Below are positions 30,118 to 41,189 of a stretch of DNA of 64,000 nucleotides, one piece after another. Location of the stretch: IMG/VR virus record IMGVR_UViG_3300031772_000023, positions 3,985 to 67,984 of that record; one strand, given 5' to 3'. The notes below the pieces were generated by a model that was not told where the DNA came from, did no database searches, and saw only the letters and a program-made list of their open reading frames with translations. Positions within the stretch are counted from its first letter, which is position 1. Every line of letters starts with the position of its first letter. The position numbers were made by a program, and so were the translations under genes. Source of the stretch: a virus.

Positions 30118-33100
30118 TGGGAAACGGAACTAAGATAGTACCTAAAAGTGATTTACCTGAATCAATTAATGTTGTTCCTTCTGACGATTTACCCATAGCA
30201 TTAAAAAAAAAAGACTCATCCGAATCATTACCGACTACTTCGCCAGAGCCATTAGCACCATCCGAAGAAACCGCGCCTACAACCGTTACTGGTGGGAATG
30301 AAATTTTAAAACCACAAGGAGGGTTAGAATATCAATTTCAGAAGACAGGTCAAGTAGGGAAAACTGAATTTCCAGAAACAGTTGAAGATGCTAAAAAAAT
30401 AGGTAAAAAACCAACATTTACTAATTATATAAATTCAACAGTTAAAAGTACTGGAGAATATATCGCTAATCATGCTACACAGGCCGTAGAAGGAGCTAAA
30501 GAGTTTGGACAAGGAATAAAGCATGGAGGAGTAGAAGGTGCTTTAGATGTAATTAAAGGAGGAGCAGGAGCAGCATTTGGAGCAGCATCATTTACTCCTA
30601 TTGGAGTTGGATTTAATGTAGCAACAGAAGCATTAGTACCTGAATCTTGGAATAAATGGTTATTCGCTCCTGCAACTACATTAGCAGAAATTGCTGGATA
30701 TAAACCTAAAGAAGGAACATTAGGAGAAAAAGCACTATCAACCGCTGATATAGTTGTTTCTCTTTTAGCTATGCACAAAGCAGGTAAAATTGTTAAAGGA
30801 GCTACTTCAATAGAAGGAATTACACCAGAAGATATTAATAAAGCAGGGGTTGAATTAAAAAATGAAGATTCTGCATTATTACAAGAAAAACTCAAAAATC
30901 AAGAATCTCTTAATGCAAATGAATCCCAACAAGTAAAATCAGTTATTGATAATGCTACTCCTGAAGATTTAAAACAAGCACTTGATGAAAATAAGAATCT
31001 TAATCCACAACATCATTTTGAAAATAAAGTAGTAAATGTTGTAGAAAAAGCAAAGGAAGATAAAAATGTAGTTAAAGATATTGCAAAGTTAGATGTTGAT
31101 AAAGATACATTTAACAAGGTTGTTGATACTGCAATTCAAGGCGAACATTTAACAGAGGATCAAGCAACTGATTTGAAAAAATCATTCGATAATGTACAAA
31201 AAGCAAAAGAAACTATACCGGACGAACACAAGGAAAATCCAAAAGTAGTAAGTCTTATCACAGAAAAGAATGATTTACTAGAAAAGAAATCTAACACAGA
31301 TAAGGTATTTCACGAATCTATTGATAAACAAATAGAAACGATTGATGAAAAGATAAAAATAGAGTTGGGAATGCCCAAAGAGGAAAAAGTAGCTGCCAAG
31401 ACAGAAACTACGATTCCTAAAGTTGAAGAAAAATCAATTCCTACTATAAAAACAGAACCTACACCAACCATAAGCAAAGAAGATTTCGTTAATAAACACG
31501 TAGATGAAATCGTTAATTCTGGCGAATTAAGCGCATCCATCCCTTTAGAGAGATATAAAGAATATTTTCGTAACTATTACGATACAAAAAACGTAAACAA
31601 ACTAACACCAATAGACAATGGAACAGGAACTACCGTTGAAGGAACAAATAAAGGCGTTGAAAATAATCCTATCCAAAGCGGAGACGGAAGAGGACAAAAC
31701 GTATTGCCAGATGCAATTGGAGGAAGCGGAACAGAGATTAAAGGAGCAGAAGTAAATCCGAACAGTAAAGTATTATCAGAAGCGCATCCTAAAGAGAATA
31801 TAGACTTTGCAAATGAACTAATAGATGAAGGATGGTTTCATTCAACTGGTAATGTATATGAGCGTAGACCAGATTTAGGATTATCAACGGCAGAGGTAAA
31901 TAAGGCAATCGCTGATATTAAGGCAGGGAAAAATACTGCTCCTGCAAAACATTTGATTGAAAAATTAAATGAAGTAAAAGATAAAGGCGAAATGCCAATG
32001 ATACAAGGCAGCGGAGGCCAGATAGATAGGTTTGGAATGCCATTAGAAGAAACAAGACGATCTAACATTTCTATACCAAAAGAAATTACAGATGCACAGG
32101 CAAAAGAAGCAACAAAAACAAAAATATCCGAAACGATAGATAAAGAAGGAATCACTTTAGATAATATTGATGAATTTGCAAAAGAAAATGATTGGCTATA
32201 TACACCAGAAGAAATAAAATCAATAAAAGATTATATCAATGAAACCAAAAACCAGACAGGAGGAGATTTACCTTCAAGCGTTGCAACTGAAAATAAAGGC
32301 GAAGAACTGGCACAACCTGCAAAAGTTAAAGAACCCCCACTTGCAGAACCTCCAACGGGAGAAGAAAAAGTAGAACCTACAAACCCACTTCATAAGATTA
32401 CTCACGCTGCTATTGAAGATAGAAGAAAAGAATCTGGACTACCACCTATTGAAAAATTACCAACAAATATTAAGCAAGATTTTATTGATGCAGCAAGAGA
32501 ATTTGAAGGTAAGCATAAGGATTTAGCGCAAAAAATAGCAAATAGCGATAAACCACTAGAAAGTAGAAAAGATGCTTATGTATTAGGATTAGGAAGAGTA
32601 GAATTAATTAAAGAAGCCACTAAAACAAGATTAGCTATTTCCGAAGCATTAAAATCTGGAGATATTAAGAATGCCGAAGAATTAAAAGGAGAATTAAAGA
32701 TCATTACAGATAATCTCGATACAAACGAAAAGGCTATTAAACATGCCTCTTCTGAAGCTGGTAAAGCACTCCAATCATTTCAAACTGCATTTGCAGAAGA
32801 TATGTCATTAGAGAATACGTTACTTACAGCAAGGGCGTATTCAAAGACAGGAGAACTTACGGAAAAACAGACAAAAGCCTTTACAGAAATAACGGCAAGG
32901 TTAGATGAAGCTCAAAAAAAACTAGACCAACACGAAGAGCGCATATCTAAAGCAGAAGCGCAAAAAGCCATTGATGATTTAGCTATTGAAGAGCGAATTA
33001 AAAAAGGTATTGATGAAGGTGTAGCTAAAAAGAAATTCACAATAAAAGCAAAAGCCGTAGCGGATGAATTCAGAAAATTAAAAACAAAACCACCTACATT

Positions 33101-35306
33101 TAAAGATGCTAATGGGAATGAAATAAAAGTATTTACTGCTGGAATAACGTGGAATGATATTATTGAAGTTGGGGCTAAAGGAATCGAGTTGGCCGGAGAA
33201 GGAGCTGATTTTGCAACGGAGGCTATAAAAGCTATTAGAGATAAATACAAAGACGAAGATTGGTATACTAAACTTACCGATGAAAATAAATCCATATTAG
33301 AAAATCAAGTAACCAAACATTTTGAATCAGTTAAACCAAAAGAAGAGGATGCTATAACAGGACTTGGTTCTGCTATAAAGGCAATGATTAGAGATGGCAT
33401 TACAAAAGAATCTGATATTGTTGCAAAATTAAAAGAGAACAATCCTGAGATGACCGAAAGACAAATTAGAGATGAAATATCTGGGTATGGTAAATCAGTT
33501 AAATTAAATCAAGACCCTGTTGAAATAAAATATAGGGAAGTAAAACGAGTATCTGGACTTATCTCTAAACTTGAAGATATAGAATCAGGAATTTCTCCTA
33601 TTAAAAAAGTTCAAGGACAAGCAGAGCGCACACCTCAAGAAATTGATTTAAGGAATCAGATTAATGAATGGATGCAAAAATTAGGTATTGAAAAAGAAAA
33701 GAAAAGTGTTACGGATGAAGAACGATGGAAAACAAATCTTGAGAGATATAAGTCAAGACTTAAAAATGAACTAAAGGAATTGCAGCGAAAAAGAGAGGCT
33801 AATATTTTTGAGAATAAAAAGCGTGAAATAACAAAACTTGATGAAGAAGGATTAGCACTAAAAAGAAAGGTAGATAAAGAGAAAGGAATAAGGACCAGAG
33901 AACTTGCAAAAATAGAACAGCAAAACAGAACTCCATTTGAAAAGGTTAGTGAAGGAATAATTAAATTTATGAAGTTCGGGATATTGGCAGGATTACAAAA
34001 ACCAATATTAAAATTAGGTATTGCAGGAGCAGCCAAAGGATATTTACAAACACCTGTTAATACATTAATTGCTGGTATATATTCACATACCCCATTCATA
34101 CGAAATATTATGAATCAATCTCCAAGATGGAGGTCTAAAGGTGCATTAAAGGCATACACTAAGGGCATGGCTGAGGCGTGGAGTAAAAAAACCTTACAGG
34201 ATATTATTAATCAAGCTAAAGGAGGAAAGCGATCTGACGAGATTAATTATCTAACGGATAAAGGCTATCTACCTCCTACTTTCTGGCAGATGTGGAATAT
34301 AGAGCATAAGATATTAAAAACTCCACTTATGAATCAGGAGTTTAGGACATCTATGGAAAAGAACCTTGAATTTTTGCATGATAAAGGAGAGGATATATCC
34401 AAGCCTCACATTATACAACTAGCCGCAAATGCTGCTACGTTAGATGCTAATAGGGCTGTATTTTTAGGTAAAAATCCATTAATAACAGCATATCAAACAG
34501 GGCTACGATCACTTGGGGCTAAAATGAAAGACGGTAGTAATGGAGGAAAGTTAATACAAAAAATGTTAGAAGGAGAAAATCTGATTGTTAGTGTTCCTAC
34601 AAATTTTGCATTACAGGAATTAGCTAGTACTCCTATTGGATTTGCTCAAGCAATAGCTACTGAAGGATTTATGAAAAACTTGAAAAAAGGAGTTAATAGT
34701 CTTTCTCCTGAAGTAGCTGATAGGATATCTGGAAAATTAGTAAATGCTACATCTGGAACTATTGCGTTAGCTTTAGGGTATATGTATTATAGACATCATT
34801 TTGGAGGCAATGTGTATGTTAAAGATAAAAGCCCTGCACCTATTAATGGAGATAAAATGAAAGAAGGAGAAATGAAAATAGCAGATTTAGATATACCTCC
34901 ATATATGCAGCATTTTATGACGGCTCAAATGATTCAATTTGGAGCAGGGATAGCAAGGATGGAAGATTATTACAACAAACTTGATAGAAAGGCTGCTAAT
35001 AAAAAAGAAAATCATTTATTAAAATCTTCTTTAAAAGCTGCTGGGTCTACTATATCTAAAATACCTATGGTATCATCAGGGGTTTCTATTGGTAAAGCAT
35101 TAACAGAAGATTATGCGGCGGATAAGTTAATTGAAAAAACTATAGATGCCATAATGGTTCTTCCCGGAAGCCTTGCAAAGAGAATGGATGAGAATACAAA
35201 AGGAGAAGTAGTTAAAAGAAAGCGAAAAACATTTACAGAGAAAATACAATATAATATTCCTGTTTGGAGACAGAAATTAAAAAAGATAGGAACTAAAGCA
35301 CCATAA
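30117..35306 (+). CDS. Large putative ejection protein
   Basis: 1729 aa, coiled-coil rich, last of three coupled genes; no RNAP motif recognised. Confidence 0.5.
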   Translation: MGNGTKIVPKSDLPESINVVPSDDLPIALKKKDSSESLPTTSPEPLAPSEETAPTTVTGGNEILKPQGGLEYQFQKTGQVGKTEFPETVEDAKKIGKKPTFTNYINSTVKSTGEYIANHATQAVEGAKEFGQGIKHGGVEGALDVIKGGAGAAFGAASFTPIGVGFNVATEALVPESWNKWLFAPATTLAEIAGYKPKEGTLGEKALSTADIVVSLLAMHKAGKIVKGATSIEGITPEDINKAGVELKNEDSALLQEKLKNQESLNANESQQVKSVIDNATPEDLKQALDENKNLNPQHHFENKVVNVVEKAKEDKNVVKDIAKLDVDKDTFNKVVDTAIQGEHLTEDQATDLKKSFDNVQKAKETIPDEHKENPKVVSLITEKNDLLEKKSNTDKVFHESIDKQIETIDEKIKIELGMPKEEKVAAKTETTIPKVEEKSIPTIKTEPTPTISKEDFVNKHVDEIVNSGELSASIPLERYKEYFRNYYDTKNVNKLTPIDNGTGTTVEGTNKGVENNPIQSGDGRGQNVLPDAIGGSGTEIKGAEVNPNSKVLSEAHPKENIDFANELIDEGWFHSTGNVYERRPDLGLSTAEVNKAIADIKAGKNTAPAKHLIEKLNEVKDKGEMPMIQGSGGQIDRFGMPLEETRRSNISIPKEITDAQAKEATKTKISETIDKEGITLDNIDEFAKENDWLYTPEEIKSIKDYINETKNQTGGDLPSSVATENKGEELAQPAKVKEPPLAEPPTGEEKVEPTNPLHKITHAAIEDRRKESGLPPIEKLPTNIKQDFIDAAREFEGKHKDLAQKIANSDKPLESRKDAYVLGLGRVELIKEATKTRLAISEALKSGDIKNAEELKGELKIITDNLDTNEKAIKHASSEAGKALQSFQTAFAEDMSLENTLLTARAYSKTGELTEKQTKAFTEITARLDEAQKKLDQHEERISKAEAQKAIDDLAIEERIKKGIDEGVAKKKFTIKAKAVADEFRKLKTKPPTFKDANGNEIKVFTAGITWNDIIEVGAKGIELAGEGADFATEAIKAIRDKYKDEDWYTKLTDENKSILENQVTKHFESVKPKEEDAITGLGSAIKAMIRDGITKESDIVAKLKENNPEMTERQIRDEISGYGKSVKLNQDPVEIKYREVKRVSGLISKLEDIESGISPIKKVQGQAERTPQEIDLRNQINEWMQKLGIEKEKKSVTDEERWKTNLERYKSRLKNELKELQRKREANIFENKKREITKLDEEGLALKRKVDKEKGIRTRELAKIEQQNRTPFEKVSEGIIKFMKFGILAGLQKPILKLGIAGAAKGYLQTPVNTLIAGIYSHTPFIRNIMNQSPRWRSKGALKAYTKGMAEAWSKKTLQDIINQAKGGKRSDEINYLTDKGYLPPTFWQMWNIEHKILKTPLMNQEFRTSMEKNLEFLHDKGEDISKPHIIQLAANAATLDANRAVFLGKNPLITAYQTGLRSLGAKMKDGSNGGKLIQKMLEGENLIVSVPTNFALQELASTPIGFAQAIATEGFMKNLKKGVNSLSPEVADRISGKLVNATSGTIALALGYMYYRHHFGGNVYVKDKSPAPINGDKMKEGEMKIADLDIPPYMQHFMTAQMIQFGAGIARMEDYYNKLDRKAANKKENHLLKSSLKAAGSTISKIPMVSSGVSIGKALTEDYAADKLIEKTIDAIMVLPGSLAKRMDENTKGEVVKRKRKTFTEKIQYNIPVWRQKLKKIGTKAP

Positions 35307-35334
35307 ATTAATCAATAATAACTAATTTTGTAAT

Positions 35335-36090
35335 ATGCCATTTTCCTCAAAAGCCCAGATGCGCAAGTTTTTTTCTCTTGAAAGACAAGGGAAATTAAAG
35401 AAAGGAACTGCCGAAAAATGGGCGCATGAAACACCAAACATAAAATCGTTACCTATGAGACTTAAGAAGAAATCAACCGTAAAAAAGAAAATGTCTAAAT
35501 ACGCAACCGGAGGTAGTGTTGGACAGGATAGTGGAAAAAAAGTTGTGGTTGGGTTTGCTAAAAAAGCTTACGACAATGTTGAGCCAACAACCGCTAAATA
35601 CATGTATGACAATAAAGGAAATAAGTATCCTACTGATTCTGCCGTAGATAAAGAAGGCAAGGAAGTACCACTATACTCTCCTGCTTCTAAACCATCACCA
35701 CGATTTAGTTCAAATACTGTTACAGGAGCATTAAAGAAGAAATATGCTACAATATCCACTCCGCAAAAAAAGAAAGATGGAGGTGTGGTCAAAGGCGAGG
35801 GTACTGAAGAATCAGATTCAAATGAAGCTGAAATTAAGGTTGGATCATTTGTTATTCCAGCAAAGATTAGGGAAAAACTTAAAATGTTGTTAAATTCTAA
35901 AGGTAAGGCTAATTTAAAACAGAAAGATGGATATAGTGTTGAATTAAGTAAAGGAGAAGAAGTAGTTGATCCAAATGATGCTGAAGAAATAAATGATGGA
36001 ATGAAATCAGGTGGAATTAAGAGAGGAATAGATATATTTGCTCCAAAGTCAAAGAAAAAGTTTAATAAAAAATATTTTACAAAAAAGTAA
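35335..36090 (+). CDS. Basic hypothetical phage protein
   Basis: MPFSSKAQMRKFF start; YATGG and KDGG..G.GT..SDS motifs. Confidence 0.5.
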   Translation: MPFSSKAQMRKFFSLERQGKLKKGTAEKWAHETPNIKSLPMRLKKKSTVKKKMSKYATGGSVGQDSGKKVVVGFAKKAYDNVEPTTAKYMYDNKGNKYPTDSAVDKEGKEVPLYSPASKPSPRFSSNTVTGALKKKYATISTPQKKKDGGVVKGEGTEESDSNEAEIKVGSFVIPAKIREKLKMLLNSKGKANLKQKDGYSVELSKGEEVVDPNDAEEINDGMKSGGIKRGIDIFAPKSKKKFNKKYFTKK

Positions 36091-36142
36091 TTAAAATATG
36101 AAAATAAAAATAAATAATTAACTTTGTAACAAATTAAGTATA

Positions 36143-36826
36143 ATGGCTAACAACAAAAATACAGTTACATACGCTGTTACATCAAAAGTTACAGTTCCAG
36201 CAAGTGTGACAAAACAAGGAACAATAAATAGTTTAGGTACTAATATCCAAGGAAGTGATACTTTAACATATAATACTCTTGTAGGGGCATTTACAATAGG
36301 GGCTAAAGTTATAGGAACTACCAGTAAAGCGTATGGAACTATATATGCAGATAGTGGAACTGTATTAAAACTAACTGATATTAACGGAGTATTTGTAAAC
36401 ACAGAAGTTCTTACCGATAATGCTACTGCTGTTACTGCTGCTGTTAATGGTGTTCCTACATATACTTTATTTACAAAACAATGTAAAGTGGGGGATTTTT
36501 TATACAATGCAGCACAAACAGAAATACATAAAATAGTTTATATTTCAAATGATTTAAGTATGCAAATACAAGAGGCATTTGGGTCTGTTTTAGCTAATCA
36601 GGCAGTTATTGTTGTGCCATTTATACCACATCCAAAAGAAATATCTGTAATTATTCCTACTGGTTCTGCTGCTGGATTAATTGATGGGGTTACTTGGCCA
36701 GTAAACACTCAATATAAAGCATCAAAATTGAATCAAAGTATGACATCTTCTGGAATTGGACAATTCGTTGATCCAATAATTATAGATGGAACAGGAACAA
36801 CAATGATTGTTAATATAAATTACTAA
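36143..36826 (+). CDS. Putative structural protein
   Basis: T/V/G-rich beta composition. Confidence 0.45.
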   Translation: MANNKNTVTYAVTSKVTVPASVTKQGTINSLGTNIQGSDTLTYNTLVGAFTIGAKVIGTTSKAYGTIYADSGTVLKLTDINGVFVNTEVLTDNATAVTAAVNGVPTYTLFTKQCKVGDFLYNAAQTEIHKIVYISNDLSMQIQEAFGSVLANQAVIVVPFIPHPKEISVIIPTGSAAGLIDGVTWPVNTQYKASKLNQSMTSSGIGQFVDPIIIDGTGTTMIVNINY

Positions 36827-36831
36827 AACAC

Positions 36832-38220
36832 ATGAAAAAGCTATTATTTCTTATTTTATTTCTCCCATTATTTGTTTTTGGACAACCAACATCAGGACAG
36901 ATAGATGCTTGTAGTGGTAGTGCAACTGGACAAAATAGCTATTCTGTATCTATAACTTGTAATGGCTATCCAACAAGTCCAGCTGTAAGAGAAAAAATAT
37001 GTGTAACATTTACTATTACCAATACAGGAGCATCTACATTAAAAGTAAATAGCAGATCAGCAATAGGAATAACTTTAGGAGGAACAGCTTTAACATCTAG
37101 TGATATAGTAGCTAATCAACCATATATAATGATATATGATGTGATAAATAATAAATGGACTTTACAAAAACCTTCTGGAAGTGGAGGGGTGGCAGTTAGT
37201 TCAGTTTCGGCAACTAGTCCATTATCTTCGAGTGGAGGAACAACACCAACTATTACTATAACCTCCCCGTTACCTGCGGTTAATGGTGGAACAAATTCAA
37301 CATTAGGTTCATGGAATATTGATGGTAACTCTAATGGTATTGAAAGATGGATAGGTACTTCATCTAATTTTGATTTCCCAATAAAAGCTAACAATACTAC
37401 TATAATGAATATTGCAAAGGGTGGTCACGTAGGTATTGGTACTGGAACTGTTACTCCACTACAAGATTTAACAATTAATCCATTGACAAATGCTGGTGGA
37501 TTTGCTATTATGGCTCAAAATGGAACAGACATTACAACACAAATACAACATAATAGTGGACAGACAGATGTATTTTCAATGTATGCAAATGCAAGTGCTA
37601 CGGCTCTTATTCAATTAGTGGCTGGTACAGGAGGTACTTGTTATATAAATAATGCTGGAAAATTGGGGTTAGGTACAGATAGTCCTCTTGATGGATATAC
37701 TATGACAATTGACGATGCTGCTACTGGATGGGTTGAATATACTGGAAGCAATGGAGCATATCACTACATGAAAATGGAGTTGCTTGGAAGTGGTGTTGTA
37801 GCTATGCACAATGGAAGTGGAATAGTTGGATTGGCTTTAGGAACTAATGCAGTAAAAGATTTGCTTTATTTAGATAATATTACAAATTTTGTTGGAATTG
37901 GAACAACAATCCCTGCTTCAAATTTTGAAGTTGTTGGTAATGTAGCGATAGATGCTACTAAGACAGTAGTAAATGCCTCTACAAGTGGATCGGTAACTTA
38001 TTCTCAACCACTATCAGGAACATCATGGAAAACAGTTGTAATACATTGTACAGCAGCTTTAGGAACTGCAAGTTATACTTATCCTGTAGCTTTTACAAAT
38101 ACACCATCTATTATAGCAACTTCTACCTTGGCAGCTGGAATAGTTACTACATTAACAACTACTTCAGTTACCGTAACTGGTGCAACAAGTACGGGAGACC
38201 TTTTATTAACCGGATATTAA
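36832..38220 (+). CDS. Fibre-like protein with N-terminal signal peptide
   Basis: MKKLLFLILFLPLFVFGQ; NTGASTL and repeated VGIGT motifs. Confidence 0.55.
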   Translation: MKKLLFLILFLPLFVFGQPTSGQIDACSGSATGQNSYSVSITCNGYPTSPAVREKICVTFTITNTGASTLKVNSRSAIGITLGGTALTSSDIVANQPYIMIYDVINNKWTLQKPSGSGGVAVSSVSATSPLSSSGGTTPTITITSPLPAVNGGTNSTLGSWNIDGNSNGIERWIGTSSNFDFPIKANNTTIMNIAKGGHVGIGTGTVTPLQDLTINPLTNAGGFAIMAQNGTDITTQIQHNSGQTDVFSMYANASATALIQLVAGTGGTCYINNAGKLGLGTDSPLDGYTMTIDDAATGWVEYTGSNGAYHYMKMELLGSGVVAMHNGSGIVGLALGTNAVKDLLYLDNITNFVGIGTTIPASNFEVVGNVAIDATKTVVNASTSGSVTYSQPLSGTSWKTVVIHCTAALGTASYTYPVAFTNTPSIIATSTLAAGIVTTLTTTSVTVTGATSTGDLLLTGY

Positions 38221-38255
38221 ACATAAACATAAACATAAATAAAAACAAAACACAA

Positions 38256-38525
38256 ATGACATTCGTACAACCATTAATTACAGTAACCCCAACAATTATT
38301 CCACCACAACCAGTAGGAGTTCCCGGTTCTGTTCAACTTATTTGTTCAACAAATGGAGTTGCCCCATTCAACTTTTCAACTAATCTACATCCTCTTCCAC
38401 TAGGATTTAGTCTTGGAGCGCATGGATTGCTTTCATGGGATGGCTCTCAATTAGTTGAAACACAATACATCATTGATTTGACAGTAATTGATAGTGATGG
38501 ACGTATTGGGTTTAAGATTTATTAA
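38256..38525 (+). CDS. Small Ig-like domain protein
   Basis: Likely start MTFVQP at 38256; LPLGFSL..G.L motif. Confidence 0.4.
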   Translation: MTFVQPLITVTPTIIPPQPVGVPGSVQLICSTNGVAPFNFSTNLHPLPLGFSLGAHGLLSWDGSQLVETQYIIDLTVIDSDGRIGFKIY

Positions 38526-38531
38526 ATATAA

Positions 38532-38822
38532 GTGAATAGCCATATAAAGAAGATAAAAGACTTCTATGATAGCTATAAAGTAGTAATATGGCTATTCACT
38601 TTATTTGGTGGAGGATGGGGATATGACAGAATTTATAATTTTTGGAATATTCCAACAAGACTTGCGCAAGATGAAATAAGATTTATTGAAACAAGAAAAA
38701 TGGATAGTATAAGGTTTCAAGATCACGTATTATATTCAGCGGCTTTAAGTGCTGAGATTAAAAATGAAATTAAAATTTTTAAGGATAGTTTAAAATCAAC
38801 TAATAAATCAAAACGCAAATGA
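38532..38822 (+). CDS. Single-pass membrane protein
   Basis: One hydrophobic segment; lysis region. Confidence 0.45.
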   Translation: MNSHIKKIKDFYDSYKVVIWLFTLFGGGWGYDRIYNFWNIPTRLAQDEIRFIETRKMDSIRFQDHVLYSAALSAEIKNEIKIFKDSLKSTNKSKRK

Positions 38823-39073
38823 ATACTATAACTAATTTATGGAATTGGTTGGACGGTAAAAAGACAACCATAGGAGCTGTATTATTATTTTTGTCTACAT
38901 TTCTATCAGAAGTTATTGTAAGCAAATGGGGTGTAACAGCTGCTTGGATGACACCAAGTATTGAAACGCTTAATTGGTTAGGGATGGCTCTTACAGGACT
39001 TGGACTTGGACACAAGGCTTTAAAGCCAACTGTTAATCCCGATAAAGATAAATTTCCAGACGGAAAAGGATGA
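38819..39073 (+). CDS. Putative holin
   Basis: 84 aa, two TM segments, WLDGKKT..G and GLGHK. Confidence 0.55.
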   Translation: MNTITNLWNWLDGKKTTIGAVLLFLSTFLSEVIVSKWGVTAAWMTPSIETLNWLGMALTGLGLGHKALKPTVNPDKDKFPDGKG

Positions 39074-39444
39074 AAAGAGTATTAGAAATACTTAGTGTTT
39101 TAAGCACTATTTTATTTGTAGGAAATTACTCTTTGTGTGATTATTTTTACTTTAACGATCACGATAATTGGTGGAAATTGAAACAAAATATTTACAATGT
39201 GGATTTAATTTTAGACAGAACGACATTGTTTTTGTTGATAATATTTTTTTGCAATTACCTTAAGCTAAGACGTTTAGCAGCATTGACTTTACTAGGTCTT
39301 CTTTTAAACTTATCTAATATTATAGATAGATTGCTTTTTGATATAAATACATTTGAGAAAGACGATATAGTAATGATTATTTTAGCAATACTATTATCAA
39401 GTACATGTTATTTATCTTATGGCAGAAACAGATCAAATATATAA
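39070..39444 (+). CDS. Multi-pass membrane protein
   Basis: Several hydrophobic segments. Confidence 0.5.
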   Translation: MKRVLEILSVLSTILFVGNYSLCDYFYFNDHDNWWKLKQNIYNVDLILDRTTLFLLIIFFCNYLKLRRLAALTLLGLLLNLSNIIDRLLFDINTFEKDDIVMIILAILLSSTCYLSYGRNRSNI

Positions 39445-39697
39445 GCAATTAGAGGCATTATCTTCTGATTTAAAAAATCACATGAGTAAAAGCACATCTG
39501 ATGCGAATGATATGAAGTTATCTCTACAGGAAATAAAACAGTATCAGGAATCAGATAGAAATCTTTTACATGAGCATGATGAGAAGCTTAAAGAATGGGA
39601 TTCTATAAGAGATTTTGGTAAGGGAATATTTTTTATCGTTGGAGCATTGTGGTTAGGGATTACCGGATTTGTTTCTTGGGTATTTTCTAAACACTAA
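39419..39697 (+). CDS. Coiled-coil protein with C-terminal TM helix
   Basis: Composition and position in lysis region. Confidence 0.5.
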   Translation: MAETDQIYKQLEALSSDLKNHMSKSTSDANDMKLSLQEIKQYQESDRNLLHEHDEKLKEWDSIRDFGKGIFFIVGALWLGITGFVSWVFSKH

Positions 39698-39700
39698 GAA

Positions 39701-40357
39701 ATGAATAAATACATCTACATTTCCATTGCAATTATTGTTATAGCATTAATATTATCCATAAAAATGTGTGGAGATGCTAATGCTAAATATGAAGATGCCA
39801 AGGACTATATAGAAAACCTTAATGATAGCCTTATACATTTAAAGAACGGAGTAGTAAAGCAGACAGCTAATGAAGTTGATAAAAACCTACTAGAAACTAT
39901 CGTAAAAGAGAATTCCGATCTTAAAAAGGCTTTATCCGATGCAAATATTAAGATAAAGAACGCAAAAACGATAACAAGGGTAATTACCAAAACAGAGATA
40001 GGTGATCCAATAACAATACGGCTTACTGATAGCATCCCATGTCCAGCATTTAATCCGATTGATTTTAAGGCCGAAAATAACGATTACAGCATCTCAGGAA
40101 GCGTAAATAAGTCATCGGTCAGGATTAGTAAGATTTCGTTCCCTGATTCGTTATACGTCATTACAGCGTATAAAAAGCACGTATTTAAAAACAATGAGTA
40201 CAATGTGCTTATAAAACACTCAAATCCACTAATAAAGACAGTAGGAGCAATGAATCTTACTGTTACCGATAAGAAGAGGTTTTGGGATATAGGATGGTTT
40301 AAGATTGGAGTAGGATTTGTGGCTGGAAGTTTTTTAACTTATGAGATAACGAAATAG
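39701..40357 (+). CDS. Putative spanin-like protein
   Basis: N-terminal TM, coiled coil, C-terminal GVGFVAG segment. Confidence 0.45.
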   Translation: MNKYIYISIAIIVIALILSIKMCGDANAKYEDAKDYIENLNDSLIHLKNGVVKQTANEVDKNLLETIVKENSDLKKALSDANIKIKNAKTITRVITKTEIGDPITIRLTDSIPCPAFNPIDFKAENNDYSISGSVNKSSVRISKISFPDSLYVITAYKKHVFKNNEYNVLIKHSNPLIKTVGAMNLTVTDKKRFWDIGWFKIGVGFVAGSFLTYEITK

Positions 40358-40669
40358 TTTATCATCACCCACACTTCCCTATCATCATGACTATTGTAAC
40401 TAATAGAAATTTTATTATGACAAAAATCATGGGAATATAAAATATGCTTTTCTTCTTTTTCTTCTTTTTATTCTTTTTCATAGTATATTCCTAATCTCAT
40501 ACAAAGAGAAGGAAACATACTGAATAAGTTAGGGTATAAATAGTGTCGAAATTGACATTAGAGGATGAGAAGTATATTTTTTATAAACAAAACATTTCCT
40601 GTTCAAAAATATCAACATGGACAGGATTATTCATATTTGTGTTTGATTATTAGTTAGTTATACTGTTGG

Positions 40670-40685
40670 AATACATATACATGTT
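40670..40685 (+). repeat. attI-like site, partial copy
   Basis: AATACATATACATGTT identical to 44706-44721 and 59658-59673. Confidence 0.75.
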
Positions 40686-41167
40686 AGCAGAAATGGCTAC
40701 GACCCTACTAACAAGGATAACCATCGTGTAAGTTATCTTTCTTGTCTGTATAAAAAGAACCCGAAACACTGTGCATTGAACTATCACAAGTAATTTCTTC
40801 CCAAATTGTAACACCTAAATCTTCAATCTTTCTTTCTGTACGTTTTAAAAATTCATTAGCTAACTCTTCACTTTCAAATCCTTCGTTGTTTGGGCATCTG
40901 TAAATACGACCTAACACTTCGCCTGATTGGTGCAAAGCAAGATAACCCCAAGCACCTCCGTCTTGTAAATCACTTCCGCAAATTGGACATTCCATTGTAT
41001 AAAATTTAAAATTAATACCCTTGTAAATTAACCGCCACTTCTGCTAACAAGGGTTTGTAGCAATAGGGGCAGAAGGAACTAAATTGAGCCTTAGTACTTC
41101 TATTAGGCTGCGGTGCTATATTGAACAGTAGTGCTATAAATCCCCACTGCTACAAGCCCCAAACGTT
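40683..41167. mobile_element. Solo satellite gene cassette
   Basis: GTTAGCAGAAAT...ACTTCTGCTAAC inverted ends, then hairpin 41046-41167 (gggtttgtagca / tgctacaagccc). Confidence 0.85.
40708..40995 (-). CDS. Cassette gene, Cys-containing hypothetical protein
   Basis: CPICG start; fills the cassette. Confidence 0.7.
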   Translation of the reverse strand: MECPICGSDLQDGGAWGYLALHQSGEVLGRIYRCPNNEGFESEELANEFLKRTERKIEDLGVTIWEEITCDSSMHSVSGSFYTDKKDNLHDGYPC

Positions 41168-41189
41168 AGGTGCAATTTAATATTTTAAA

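Noticed and set aside
1410-40035. Many short ORFs nested in or antisense to structural genes
   Set aside because: Shadow frames of long, well-supported plus-strand genes.
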